Shown here one piece after another: positions 50,699 through 64,000 of a DNA stretch of 64,000 nt. Positions within the stretch are counted from its first letter, which is position 1, and the number at the start of each line of letters is the position of its first letter. The DNA is from Takakia lepidozioides (lineage: Eukaryota; Plantae; Bryophyta). A program made the position numbers and the translations under genes. Location of the stretch: contig CM060733.1 of the NCBI GenBank assembly GCA_030704615.1, positions 6,262,001 through 6,326,000 on the forward strand. The letters run 5' to 3'. The notes below the pieces were generated by a model. It had not been told where the DNA came from, did no database searches, and saw nothing but the letters and a program-made list of their open reading frames with translations.

Positions 50699-53600
50699 AT
50701 GGAAACCAATCATGAAAGCAGCGGTGGTACTGAAAGTGGTGGCGAGGGGTCCGCAGAGATGGTTGAAATAAAAATCAAGACTCTTGACTCCAAAAGTTAT
50801 ACTCTTCGAGTTGGAAAAAACGTAAGTTTTTCCATGAGTGATGTTCCTTTTGTACTATTATTGACTGTTATGTTTCTGTAGTGATGGTGTTGGATGTCCT
50901 ACCTGTTTGACAGATTCGAAATGTTGCAGGGTACCTACCTGTTAGTGTGGTTGGTGGGTGTGCGGAGCTGTGTGTGTGTTTACATCTCTGTGAACGGTGA
51001 TGTGCTTGTGGGCTTGTGTGCCCGGGTTCTAAGTTTTGGTTGTTACTATTGAAACTCACAAGTAATGTGGTCATAATAGGTGATGCAAATAGCGATTTCG
51101 TATCCTGAGTGCCAGTGAGTAGGTCACATGTGATAGCTCACAAAGATAGCCTGTGGTATTCCTGCATGGGCTCCTCATTGAGTTTCTTGGAGAATTACTT
51201 TTACTATTTCAGTAATTCTTAATGTGTTGAAGGCTTGAAGGGAAGTAGGGGATTTTGAAGGGTCCACTTGTTTGAGAATCTTTTTTTGGGCTGGGTGCTT
51301 GTGCTGCAGATGCCAGTGCCTGCCTTGAAGGAGCAACTAGCCTCAGTTGTCGGGGTGCCTGCAGACAACCAGAGGCTGATTTGTCGGGGCAAGGTCTTGA
51401 AAGATGATCAGTTGCTGTCAGCCTACAGTATCCTATTTGAGCCACCCTATAGTTGTGGGAACTTCTGTTGCAATTTCTAGACGGTGACAAAGTCCTGAAT
51501 TTGGATGTTATGCTCAACACTTCTCTATCAGTGATGGATGCTGTACACAAGCTGTCTCCTTTGCCTTTGTCGTTGGTACGGTTGTGACAGAATGCTTGAC
51601 CTGCAGCCGTGGTTGTGCATGTGCTGGGTGCTGAATCCTCTGTGCTTATTACTCTCATCTTCTGAGCAATTGGCATCCATGTTGGGGTTTGACCCAATAT
51701 GGGCTCAGTTTTATGGTCGTTGTCCTTAAAACAAGATTTACCAGATGTGGAGGATGGTCACACATTGCATTTGGTTGCCAGGCCGACACCACCACCAGCT
51801 ACAGTTGGTCCAAGTACTTCTGGTGCTGAAGGTCAATCATTCAGACTACGATACACTTAATTGCTCGTGTATTGAGATGGAGAGGGTTGTGTGTACAAAT
51901 AGGTTGCAAGAGATGTTAAGAAGCATGTGGGTTGGCAGGTTCAGCAGGTGTTTCGGACGCGGCGCTGGCACCACCTCGAAATAGGGCTGGCCATGTCTCA
52001 CACAGTCTGCTAATGGGAACTATAAACATTCCAGATAATGGAGAAGGGGGTCTGCCCGATTTGAATCGGGTACAAACATGCCACCTTTACTACTTTATGG
52101 TACTCACAGTCTGCTCTCCTACCCCTCCCTCTCACTTTCACATCTGTGGAAGCCGGAGGTAGGGCTATGCCTGCAAGGCTGTGGTAAACAGAGTTTAGTA
52201 AGTATAGGTGTGCCTTCTCTGAACCTAGGTAGGGAACTCCAGTGATTTAAGTGTTCTTCCCGCATTGGGATACTTGCAGTCCTTTGGAGGCTTGTCAGGT
52301 GAGAGCCCACTCATGTCAGTACCTATACTAGTTCAACCATGGGGATCATGTCAGCCAATTAGATGAAGACTGCACTCTTCTATGCAGCCAGGGGTTGTTT
52401 TCCATACATCATGGATATGGTGTCCTCTCCTGGGATCTAGTTACGATGTTTGTAAATAGAACAGTGTCTGCTTTTCACTGTTCAATACTCAAAAGAATAT
52501 TTGGCGAAATCTGCTGTCCTCTAGATTGGACTATTTGAAAGTGCACTATGAGCAACAGAAACCGCTGTGTCTGTCTGTGTCATGTTCGTTTAATCTTATT
52601 AAGTTGTAGCAATAGAGAGAAAGTGCTTTGATCAATGATGTGCTTGTGCCATGCAGATAATATCTGCAGTGCTCAACTCGGTGGGTATTGCAAATGTGGT
52701 TCCTGTGCATGCTGGTGCTGGCAATCCAAACTCCATCACACTGGTGAGTAGCTGGCTCTGTTGTAAAATCTTTTCTATCTATTGGATAAGTGGAGACTGC
52801 ATTGTTGAGGTCACCAAGGCTGTGTTGGTGGTGGGTAGGGTGTGTTACCTGGACGAGCATCAGAGGCAGGTGAGGGTCAAGGAGGTGAGGGTGGACCGGC
52901 TGTGGGAGAGCAAGGTACCGGAGCTAGGGAGTTGGAACTGCAAATTGATGCATTATATGGCATACCTTCCAATGCTGCAGCTGCTGCTGGGCCCGCTCCA
53001 TTTCGGGTGGTCCAGCAACCCATGGTTTGTATTCTCTATCCATAAGTTAGATGTTCTGAGTTACATTTCAGTAGTGTTTTTATTGCTGTGATTGGGTGTG
53101 AATGTATAATCCCCCTGATTTGTTCAGGTAGATAATGTTGTAAGCATTTTTCAGCATGTCTAGAATGGATGTTATATATCGAACAAGTCTCCAAATGTTA
53201 TTATTCCATCATGTTTATTATTTTTTTCCAGGTTGTCCCTGACGCTTTGACAACTATGTCCCAGTATCTGGACCGTCTGGAGCAGGCCTTTGCATCACAT
53301 GGTAAGCAATCTTTCATACTGCCTTGTTCTCTTGATTATGTGACAATTACTCACAGTTCTGATGTCACTTGTGCATTTAAATAAACATTTACTAAAGTCT
53401 CCTGCTCTGTCTCCAGATACTGTGAGACCTCAAACCACACAAGTGCAGCCTCCTAGAGAGGCTGATGTGGCCAATGGGGCACGCTTAGCTTTGGATTCAG
53501 ACAGGCGGCTGCCTACACCTGCTGCATTGGGTGCATTGGTTCGCCGTGTGCACCACCTCTTGAATGATCAGGCCGGCTCCGCTCTTGCTGTAAGTTCTTT

Positions 53601-56600
53601 TGTCCCAATTAGAGGCTTTCTAACAACCTGCAGACGTAACTGAAAGTTTTGTCTAAGTTTGTGTGAGAAAGTTTTCCTGATGGTTTATAGACCTGTAAAG
53701 GTGGTTTGTCCAAGTTTTAGGAATGACCCTTGTGCCCTAGAACCTGTTTGTATGATTTTATCTGTCTGTATTTAGACCATGTGGCTATCTATGTGGCTAT
53801 CTAATAGTTTATCTTCATTGGTTACTTGTCAAATGTGAGTGCATGGTTTACTAGGCTCTCATATCAAAATACTTTATCTCTGCTTATTCTTACTTCATGT
53901 GGCTTCGTGCTTCTGCCAGCATCTTGCTGATCAACTGGAAAATGAGCCCACATTAGTTGATGCCGCAGCCCGGGGGGAAGTACAAAGCGCAGCCTTGCGA
54001 GATGGGAATATGATGCACCAAATAGGAGCACTGCTACTGGAGCTTGGCCGCACCACTCTGACTTTGCGCATGGGACAATCTTCTGTGAGTTGTCTGAGTT
54101 TCAGTGGAGGTGTTGATGAGAATATATCTCTGAGTTTGTTGCTGTATGTATGGTGCCTTAGCTGGTGTACAGGAAACCACCACAGCTGGGTTTTGAAGTC
54201 AATTGTGTGCATGCTCATGTGCAGGCTGAGTCTGTTGTGAATGCGGGCCCTGCTATCTTCATTTCTCCAGCAGGACCCAATCCCATGATGGTGCAGGTAA
54301 ACGAAATGTTTTAAGTCTTCACATGAATTTGTTATATTGTACTGATATAGGTTTTCCTTGTGAACTGCCAACTCAGAGTGGAAGCTGGGATGCCTCTTAC
54401 TTAGTAACCATTCTTGCATGCTGCAGCCTGTACCATTTCAGACGCTGGGTGCTTTGCCTGTTGGAACACCCCAGCCACCTGGTGGTGTTTTGGGTCCTTC
54501 ACCAGGTGTTGGTGGAGGGCCCAGAAGTATTAACATTCATATCCATACCAATGACCTTGGGCATCCATCTGCTTCTCCCTCCCCTTCTCCCTCCTCTTCC
54601 CCACAGCAGCCACCTCCTCGAGCTCTTGTTGGCATATCTTCGGGTACACCTGGCATTACTATGCGCCAGATTCTCGAGCGGACAGACAATGGTGGCGTTA
54701 CAGCAGCGCCAGCTCCTGATCCAGGCCTCACTGTGCGCCAGATTATTGAGCGTGCTGAGGCGGCTACTGGCACTACTACTGCCACATCGCCAGCCGGAGT
54801 GCAAGGTGCCTTGATGACGTTTGACGAGCATGGTGCCATGCGTCTTGTCCCTGTGCGCGCCCGCACAGGTGCCTCTCCTGGGCACCCTCGGGCTCCGTCA
54901 GAAGGTGGCAACATCTTCCATCCCTTGCTGTCTAGATTCCAACACCAACTCAGTGCCCGGCCCTCCTCAGCTGCTCCACCAACTGTGCCGCCTGTACCAC
55001 ACCCTGTAGTCACTGCAACTGCTGAAATTTCAAGGCAACCCGGTCCTGCAACTGACAATCAGCCAGGTGAGAAAAGACAGCCTTTATTAGCCTGGAGAGT
55101 GCTTATGAGGGGAAGCATGTCTGGCCAGGGTCTTGATGGAAAGTACTTGCAGGAGTTGCAGGAGAAGGTGGTCTGCCAGGGCAGGGAGGTGGAGGGGTGG
55201 ATGTAGCAAGTTTGGTCACATCAGTGGCACCTTTTCTGCACCACCTTGCTGAAGCTTTTCAGCAAGCCCAATCTCAGCTGCCTCATCAAGAGGTGCTTCC
55301 TCCACATTCTTCCGATGTAATGAGCACACTTGTACCTCCTTGGTATGAGAACTAACACCGATGTACTTGTGTTAGCAGTCCAACCAGCAGCCAAGCACAG
55401 AAGCTGATGTAAGACAAGCAGAAGATTCACAGCTAACTAGTGACTCAGTGGAGGGCGGAGCTCAACAGCTCACGGGAGATCTTGGAGGCGCAAGCATGGA
55501 GGTGGATGGCACAGGTGGGGATAATGAAATAGCAGCCACGAGTGCCAGGTCTTTTGCAAGGGAGAACTCGCAAGCAGAGGAAACCGGTGGCACTAGTGGG
55601 GCAAGTGGTGTTACTCCACCTGTTGGTCTAGGGCTTGGAGGCCTTCAGCCTCTTCCAGCCAGGGTGAGTGCTTATTTTTGGCACTGCTGTAAGCTCGAGA
55701 CCACCCTTCACATGTTAGTATCTTCTCAGTATTGTGGCTCGCCATAGGTCTAGAGGGCATAGCCACTTAGACCAAGCCAGGCAGAGCAGTTTAATTTTCG
55801 AATGAAATTTCTTAACAGAATTTCTTGAAGATGCTGACAGTTTTGATTAGCTTTACCTGCTGAGTGCTAGCATCACGGCTGATTTCCTGGTACTTCTGGA
55901 GAAGTGGCAGAAACTCGGTACAAAGAGTTTGTACAATCGTAAGCCCATGAAGTGGAGCATAGTTGTATGTGTGATCTACAGCCACTGTTGGGAGCTGATG
56001 AGCTCAAGGGGAAGTGAAATGGTCTGAGACTTTATGAATACAATGTTAAGACAGCACTCTCTATGTTGCGCTAGCTTAGGTTTTAACTTGGACTAGTGTG
56101 ACATCTGTTTGGGTCACCTTGAAATGAAGTTGCTATTCTAGACATGCTTTGAGCATATGTATCGAGCGACAATGACAAAATGTATCGAGTGAAGGTTTGA
56201 GTTGACAGTTAGAAGAATGCACCCAATTGATGGGCAGTGTCATCTGTGGCTGCTAGGCAAGGAGGCGGCGGCAACAGCAACAGCAAGTTGAGGAACAACA
56301 GCGCCAGGCTGGACAGACAGTACTGCACAATCTTGTGGCACAGCTGGAGCGGCCAAGTGATACCTCCAGCCACAACAGGAGAATCAGGGCCACCCCGGTG
56401 CTCAACAGCTTATTAAGAGCTGCAGGGGGTCACAGCGACTCTGAACCAATGGGAGGGGGGGTCCTGGGGCAGCTCATGCGCAGCCCTGCCATTGAGACCT
56501 TGGTGCAACAAGTGATGGATGGAGTGGGTGAGGCTGGAGTGACTGGTGGCAGTCACCGTGGGACTGGAGCAGGTGGTTTGTCAGGTTTAATGGAGCACAT

Positions 56601-57748
56601 GATGCCAGTTATGTCGCAAATGCTTGGTGGTGGTGGGCCTCCTCCCTTAATACCTCCTCCTGCAATTGCCACCAGTTCGAGGCCTCATGGGGAAGGTGGA
56701 GCAGCAGGGGATAATGTTGGAGTCCAAGCAACTGAATCAGAAAGATGGAAGGATGCTTTGACTGAGGTGATGCAGTACGGCTGCTTTGATGTTGAAAATG
56801 TGCTGCATTCTGCATGTCTCCAGCCTCGGTGTGTGGTCCATATGTGACTGGACATTAGCCTTGTTTTTTATCCTGTGCCACGGGCTCTTGGTGACTCTCA
56901 GAGGGGCAATTCTTGTTTATATTTTAAAGCTTGGTGGCTTTAATTCTTGCTTTCATTGCTTTGAAAGCATGGTGTGGTGAAGGTTGGATTTGCTCCGTTG
57001 TTACAGGATGAGGTAGCAGGATGGACTGAAACAATGGCAACTGATGAGGAGCAGCAACAATCCATGCCACCGCAACGGCCTTTCAGCGATGTATACTCCC
57101 GTGGATCACATGTTGCTAAGCGGCAGAAGGTGTGTTCAGTGCGACTGGTGTCGATTGTAAGTGTTTATTTGCACATAACAAGCAGTGATGTGGTGTAACG
57201 GATTCAGGGGATTGTGACCCATGCAAAGTTTGTGTCTTATGTGGGATGCAGACTGAGATGGAGGCCACTGCACAGAAGCTGGAGAATGGAGAAGCTGCAA
57301 AGGAGGTGGTGAGAAGCGTGGCTGAGGCGGCAACTGCACGCGTGCCAGGCAATAATGGTGCCACAAATAGCAATGAGGACTTGGCCCAGCAGGTGGCAGA
57401 GACAGAAGGACTGGCTGATGTAAGTGGTGTGTCATCCTGCGGTCATAGAAATGATCATTTAGTTCTGAAGGAGGCTGTAATGCATACATATATGGGAGTG
57501 GTGGGGCATGGGATAGAATGGGGAAACAAGAGTGAGTGCTTGCTTGCTTCATTTTCCTTTAAAGGGTATGGTGATGGATGGGTGCATCCTGCGTATGGCA
57601 GGCATACATGGCTGTGCTGTTCCATGACCTTGCTGCACGGGTGGCAGCAGACCTCGATTTTGGCGATGGCTCCAGATTCCCGCATGCAGCCCGAATCTTC
57701 CAACACCAGTCGCAGGCGTCCACGCAACCAACTGGAGGGCGACACTGA
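50699..57748 (+). CDS. BAG6/Scythe/CIP73-like ubiquitin-like-domain protein, multi-exon
   Basis: UBL domain VEIKIKTLDSKSYTLRVGKN|MPVPALKEQLASVVGVPADNQRLICRGKVLKDDQLLSAY|NVEDGHTLHLVAR. Plant CIP73-type blocks VPDALTTMSQYLDRLE, LLELGRTTLTLRMG, VNAGPAIFISPAGPNPMMVQP, RSINIHIH. C-terminal QRPFSDVY...KRQK and D..RFPHAARIF. Stop at 57746-57748. Confidence 0.88.
51428..51744 (+). other. U12-type (minor spliceosome) GT-AG intron
   Basis: 5' site GTATCCTATT, branch-like TCCTTAAA at 51723-51730 close to the CAG acceptor, and no polypyrimidine tract. Confidence 0.75.
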
Positions 57749-58763
57749 TTGGCTGCGCCTGTCCTGATGGCTGCAAATTATTGGCGGTGCAGATTGTAGG
57801 AGAAAGACTAGGCAGGCGTGTCCCATCAATGCCAGCAGCAGCAGCAGCTTGAGAGCTTGGTCTGGACATAACAAAGCCTGTCTATTTATTTGTTTGGAGT
57901 GGGGAGTATTTCAACACAGTGTACACGAACCGAAGGAGTTTAGATTGAGAGCTGGCTACTAGCTTGATCAACCTTGTTGGTCGATGTGCTCTACCGACAA
58001 GGTGGATTTTCCAGCTTTTTGAGCTTTGGCTTTGAGGCGCAATGGCTTGTTATTAAAGTCGGAGTCAGTTCAACACATGGCTTGACGCATACCCTACAGC
58101 GTAATTCTCGCAAGATGCTAGACCTATTTGATAGGATACCCACTTGAGGGCCCCTGCCCTTCCCCCACTCCTCTCTCTCTCTCCCCCTAGATTACAATGT
58201 TTTTGATATGTCTTGTTAAGTACTGTCAAAACAATTCTGCCGTGCAAATCCTCAACAAATTCTGAAGCAGACCTCATACTGGGGCTGTCGATTTAGCTGT
58301 TGCCTATGTCCACTGCTCTAGCAGTCTGAGTCTCCTTGTATCTGTTTGGTGATGCATGATCTAGACAACTGATTGCAAACCTCGTGGATTCCTGGAGGGG
58401 CTGGAGGCAGATTTACTGCTTTTTGAGGGATGGTTTGCAGGAGTGTCAAGGCCATTGCTTACACATGAGCAACGCAGTTTTGCACAAATGCATGGACCTT
58501 GTGCACATTCTGGAGTGTTAGCTATCAAACAAGAGAGGTTTGAATAGAAATCTAATAATGCATATATACACCAAATGCACCACAGCAGGACATGTTTGTG
58601 TTAAGGTGGCCCTCCATCCTCACATTCATCTGTCACCCCATTCCATTGTGCCCGGCATGCACTTACCATAAGGCCTTTGCTGTTGGCTGAGTTTATTGGC
58701 TCTTCCTCAGAAGACCTGAACCTTGCCCACTTAATACCTACCTTACCTTCACTTGCAATAGAG

Positions 58764-58769
<6 letters not shown>

Positions 58770-58819
<50 letters not shown>
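58770..58819. repeat. (CT)n microsatellite
   Basis: About 25 uninterrupted CT units. Confidence 0.97.
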
Positions 58820-58823
<4 letters not shown>

Positions 58824-61800
58824 TAGGCATTTTTGCGCCTAATAATTATTTAAACCAAACAGACTGCTTTAGGCACGTTTCTCAAACCATTTCTTAGAGG
58901 AAACTGTGTGTAGATGTCTTGCAAATCTGCGCATTGAAAATGAGGATATCCCTGATCTCAATGTGGTGGACGAGGAGATCACGATGATTAGCGAGGAGGA
59001 TGAATATGATGACATTGTCCTGACATTGTCGAGTCCATGCAAATGCCTTTTGGAGTTACATGGAGCTCTCGCAGATAGATTGGGATTTGTAGGAAGTTAT
59101 TCCCACACGCATATATTTGTATTGAATTTTCGTTCAATGAAATTTTCATCTTATTACAAACAACATGAGAAGAGGCTTGAAAGTTTTTTGCTCGAATTTC
59201 CGAACAATTAAGCCAAAATCTGAAAATTTCCCAGAATGCGGTAGGCACTTATTATCACCTAAACAAGGGACGGTACTACATAATTCTCTTGAGACACCTT
59301 AGGTTTATCCATTCATGATACCTCCCGAAAGCACATATTATAGTGTCTCTTGACCCCCAAGGGCTACTCCCTTCCAGCGGGAAGGTGGACACCTTTGTGA
59401 CACCAATCCGTGGATTGGACGCATAACCACTTCCAAGATGGTATGTGCCGAGGGCTATAACTTGGTTACCTCAATTTTATCACGGTGAGTCCAATCATGT
59501 TGAGTTCCCTTCAGATTTATCCCTTCACACGTTGGCATGCATGGTGAAGGACAGTAGAATGAAGAGGGTACACAGTGTGTTGGTCCTCTTGTAGAGAGAG
59601 ACTATGCAACATGTGCAAGTCAACGAAGAAAATGTGGTCAAATGACCTTATACAGTTCCAAGGCTCCAAATGGTGTGTTGTGTTGAGTCATGCCCCTTAC
59701 TCTCACCTCAGCGTAGCCCGTGAGCCTGGGAGATGAGCTCACGCTTTAGCTTGGAAGCGTCAGCGAAAGGTTGTGGAGAAGTAGGGCCTATAGGCGAGAA
59801 TGGCAGATAGAGGGCCAATTACCGTGAAAACATCACATGGTTAACATGTCTGTAGAAAAAGAGGAGAGACAAGCATGACATAAATGTAGAATGATGGACA
59901 ACCTTCACTTGAATTCATATAATAAAGCTTGCAATCAATCGCAGGACATTTTCAAATGTATTAGTGTGTCCTACTTGTACAAAACTTTCGTGAAAAGTAG
60001 GAAGACCACCAAGGTAAGTGGACATAATCCCAAAGAGTTCATTACATGAGATGTCCCGCTGCAGAAGAGTATCAACTTCATTGAAACCTAGTGTAAAGTA
60101 AAAATGAGGGCCATGTTTCACCCACCAGGACAGATCTCCGTGTTCCCTCTTCAACATCCAACCCGTTAGTCCTAGTTTCAATGCTACATGATGTTGCAGT
60201 GGAAGCAGAAAAACATCATGACACCTAGACTGGACGTATTTAATATGTTGCCTGCACTTTCAAGTTTAGTTTGTTCTATGTTTTCAGCCCGTGCCAATCG
60301 TTCAGAGAAGATATCGTGACCCCATGCGGGTCCGAGGCCCGTGACACCTGCACTTCGTCACCCGGATTATCTGGTTCACCATGTCAGCGTTTGGATCGTC
60401 ATTTAATTGCTCCACAGGTCCTGGAAAACTCCATTCAACTTCCTACCTTGGCCTTTTGCCATCTAGTTCTTAGTATGCTATGCTGTGGATAACCAACTGC
60501 ATTTGTTGTGTCACTTGGTAGTTCGGGGCCTCTCTCTATTAGTTCAGCCCACCATCATGATTACTGCCTATCCTGCCTCTTTCACCAATACGTGCTCATC
60601 CCCACAATGTGCCTTCCAGGTACTCATGTGCCTATGCTATCAAGCGGTTTTGGCGCGGTGACCCAATGCATAAAAAGAAATCTACAACACACTGATTAGC
60701 TTTCATGACCAAGTGCGATAAGAATGAAAAGAACGTCGTTTCCAAGTACTGCGATCTTTCCTTATATCATGGAGACTCGCAACCTAGATCCTTTGTTCTC
60801 ATAAGGACTTCATCTCAGTGTCTATATTGCTTCGTCGCTCACATTATAATGCTGATCTCCTTCCTAATCTCGTGCATAAGATCCATGTTTAGCACGGCCT
60901 GCTAAGTCCTTCCCCTTTCAGCGTCCGTCATGACTGGTCTCCATCATCAGCCCCTCTCTCTCTCTCCCTCTCCCTCTCTCGATCTCCCCAGCTTGTTAAC
61001 ATTGAACCGATCACATCATGTTGTTTACTGGCCTTGTAGATGCATATGATGGTCTCAAAATGGTACACTTTTTATTTTCGATCGTTTTTTATCACAAGGC
61101 AGGCAGTTTTAGACTTGCGCTGCTAAAATAGGGCGATTTGCGAGTTATTTGGGAACCAATGGCAAAGCACTTAGGAAATTAGAAAGAGTATGAGATGACC
61201 AAAGAGATGAACTATGGCCTCAATATGACCGTAGGACGCTGCATAATCAGCATGTTAGGTTGCCCAATCGATACTAGAAGCAACAAATTGACCTTGTCTC
61301 CACGATGCGAGACGACTATTTGAGAACGGGTTGCAATCCCTCTGTTCTCCCTTTTATCTATCTAGAAGGACACATAGTGATGAGTAATTTGGCAAAGCAA
61401 TTTGTATAGCGATGAAATATTGCAAAACAACAGTTTGATGCATCGAAACAACGACAGGTTTGGACAAGCGGAACGAAGCGCAGGCTATACCAACAATGCA
61501 GAGTTAGTTGGAGATTACTCCTAAGTTCAATGATCTAGTGGCAAGGTCACAGACCCATAGAGGCACCACCATTAGGACATTTTTCTAGGGAAGCAGTAGA
61601 CTTCCTCCAAGGCAGTTCAATGCAGAACGGCATTTTGGAGAAGATAAATGATTTTAATCGACCTGAAAATTTTCAAGCTATTATGGAATACCTTAAGACA
61701 ATTTATCACCAAATTTGGTGATTTTTGGTTAAGATTAGCGACGGCACCAAATTTCAAGGCCAATAGCACTTGCGGCGACCGTAAGTGATTTTCAAGTTTT

Positions 61801-61989
61801 TCTTTGACCAAATAATTAGAGTTGACCCATGAGCTGGTGCTAGCTGGTCATCCATTAGTAGGATGGAAAAAACCATTTCCCATCCGTCTTGGCAAAAAAC
61901 ATCCAAAAGCTTTTATCTATTAGTTTCTTTCACTTTAGCATTTAAGATCTCCATTAGGTAGGAATAAAGTACTCTGAAATAGATTCTAG

Positions 61990-62265
61990 TATTTTAGTAC
62001 GTCTCAAAGCACTATATAAGAAGACCAAGGCTCTCCTTGTTCTTCATCTTGTGCTCTTCCTCTTGCTTTGTTGCTTTGCTTTAGTCTAGTGTTTTGCTTG
62101 AGGGGACCTAGGTCCTAGGGGGTGTGCTCGGGTCCTCCTAGGTAGAGTTAGGAAGAGCATTTGTAGGAGACTAGAGGAAGGTCCCTAGCTCCATTGAGGC
62201 CATTGAGCCCATTTTTTAGTGGTTTGAGTTTATACCAACGGCTTTGGCGCGAAAGACGGAGGGAC
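61990..62265 (+). mobile_element. Possible 3' part of an LTR plus primer-binding site of a gypsy (Tat-like) retroelement
   Basis: ctatataag TATA-like motif at about 62012, a pyrimidine-rich tract, an ...ataccaac(g) LTR-like end, then TGGCGCGAAAGACGGAGGG at 62245. No recognisable gag or pol downstream. Confidence 0.35.
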
Positions 62266-64000
62266 GAGTAGGGAGCCGGGGTGGACCACGAAGACGAGCA
62301 TTGCCGCACGTGGCCATAGCACCGAGCCATTAGAGCATCTCATGCATGGCAATGCCGCCCCCCCCCCCCCCCCCGCTTTCCGCCCCTCCCCTAGCGGACC
62401 AGCTACTTAACCCGAGGTTCTCCTCTTGGCCATGGCCGCCACCATGGCTTCTGTATCTCCCTTTTCTACTACTACGCGAACCTCACCTTGCTCTGTCTCT
62501 CGCTCTAGCTCTCCTCTTTGCGTTCCCAGCGGTCATGAATGCACATCTGGTATGTTCTTCCCCACACGCAAGTTGTGCTTCTCACCAAGTGCTTGGAGCC
62601 TAGTCTTATGGCGCCCCCCATCAGGCAATACTGGCCGGAGTCGAGGTTCACTTCTAGTAGTTATGTCTTGTTATCCCCCCCTAAGGATTCATTAGCTACT
62701 TGCGTGCAGCTCCCTGGTGTTTTGCTGCTGCACCCAACGGGTGCTTGCCGGGCTATGTTCGGATCTGGAATCACGACATGCTCTACCCCGCATTTTGCTA
62801 CTTGCTCTGGTAGTAAGCGATTGTTGATCACCCTCTCGACTGTCCAAGACTGCCGCAACAAGGGTTACCCTACCATCACTACGTTCTTTATTATCTCAAC
62901 CTTCAAGGTCTTCAACCTGCATTATTAGCTCGCTCCTTCTTGGTCATAGGGATGTCGTGGGAAGGAGCAGGGGGAGCGGCGCTCCGCCCCGTCATGACCT
63001 TCGCAGCTTCTTAGCCAGGTTTTTAGCTGTGACTATCTTTCTAGGGTTCCACCAAATTTCCAGCTTTCCTGCCTTTTATGCTCTCATGTTTAGCTATGTC
63101 GCTACTCTGCCTAGCCTGCTACATTTAGCCATGGTCGCCGCCATGGCCCCCACTCCTGTTCATGGTGCTCTCGCGAAGCGGTCTTACCGCCTCACCCCCA
63201 GCCTTAACAACAACCTTCAATGCTGCTTTGCCACGCTTGTTTTAAGCTACTACGGTCGTAGTGCACATACGTTCAGGATGGGCCGCAATCGCTCCGCCAA
63301 GCCATAGCCCTTCCCGTGCACTGCCGCCTCCCCGCATGGAGGAGGGCAGAGTTCCGGTTTGCAGATGTACCACCAGGCTGACAGTAGCACCAGTAGAGAA
63401 TCGAAAGCGGGTGCCTCAGGCATTCGGGGACGCCGTGAACAAACAATCTGCAGACCGTATTGAGGGCCCGAATAAACCTCATAGAGGGAAACATACTAAG
63501 CAAGCACCAGCCAGCCAGCTTGGGATAGTAAACCAAGGGAATCACGACAGCCATCATTGTAAAACAAGGAATCATTGTAACCAGTGGCGAGAGAAGGTAT
63601 ACCACATATAACGAAGAGACCTCCTCTGCTGGTGGGGAGAGGTTGGCTTGTCCTTGTGGTGAGCAGTCGTTGAGGGGAGCCGCAGGTCCCTTTGTACAGG
63701 AAGAGAACACGGGTTGGGGAAGCCAATATCCATGGACACCTTAGAATGAGTATATGATGACGAAGTTTGCTCCAAAACAACACAGAATCTTAGCAGGCAC
63801 AGGTCTGTGCATGACCGGTATGTTGCTCGAACCGGCTACACCAACTACCTTGCTTCATATATTGATTATGACAATGAATGATGAAATCCATTGCACATCC
63901 AATACCTTCAGTTGTCCTCTTATTATGACAATATTCTTCTTTCAAGCATTATCAATATATGAATCGAGACGTTTGTTTTTTTTTGTTTTTTGATGTCGAC

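Noticed and set aside
54499-55058. 128-aa and 173-aa minus-strand ORFs
   Set aside because: Antisense to the GC-rich Pro/Ala exon of the BAG6-like gene.
58900-61000. Short ORFs (58906, 59915, 60271 and others) as a gene or transposase
   Set aside because: Probably old TE debris, but I could not identify any diagnostic domain.
1-64000. tRNA, rRNA or snoRNA genes
   Set aside because: None recognised by eye. Intronic snoRNAs cannot be excluded without a covariance-model search.

Overview
Eukaryotic nuclear DNA from a land plant. The intron-rich genes and SHRGPD-type TIR suggest a non-seed or bryophyte-grade lineage, but the species cannot be determined. There are no prokaryotic operons or CRISPR arrays. 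Seven conserved multi-exon genes can be reconstructed by hand: hyccin/FAM126 (+), NAD-dependent glycerol-3-phosphate dehydrogenase (+), TEN1 (-), AP-2 sigma (+), class III PI3-kinase VPS34 (+), gamma-tubulin complex GCP4 (-) and a BAG6/Scythe-like UBL protein (+). There is also a probable TPX2-N-motif/At4g17000-like gene, a TIR pseudogene and an OSB PDF-motif relic. The most notable non-routine signals are: (1) an atypical, apparently single-ORF APE-RT-CCHC LINE family with no visible poly(A) tail, found four times and always inside introns of housekeeping genes, including a 34-bp insertion with a perfect 12-bp TSD; (2) a decayed copy of the VPS34 5' end just downstream of VPS34; (3) an animal-type BAG6 C-terminus and a U12-type intron in the UBL gene; (4) a perfect 6x35-bp array upstream of VPS34; (5) a MITE with an unusually long flanking duplication. 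Family assignments rest on motif recall, not database searches, and exon boundaries are manual.
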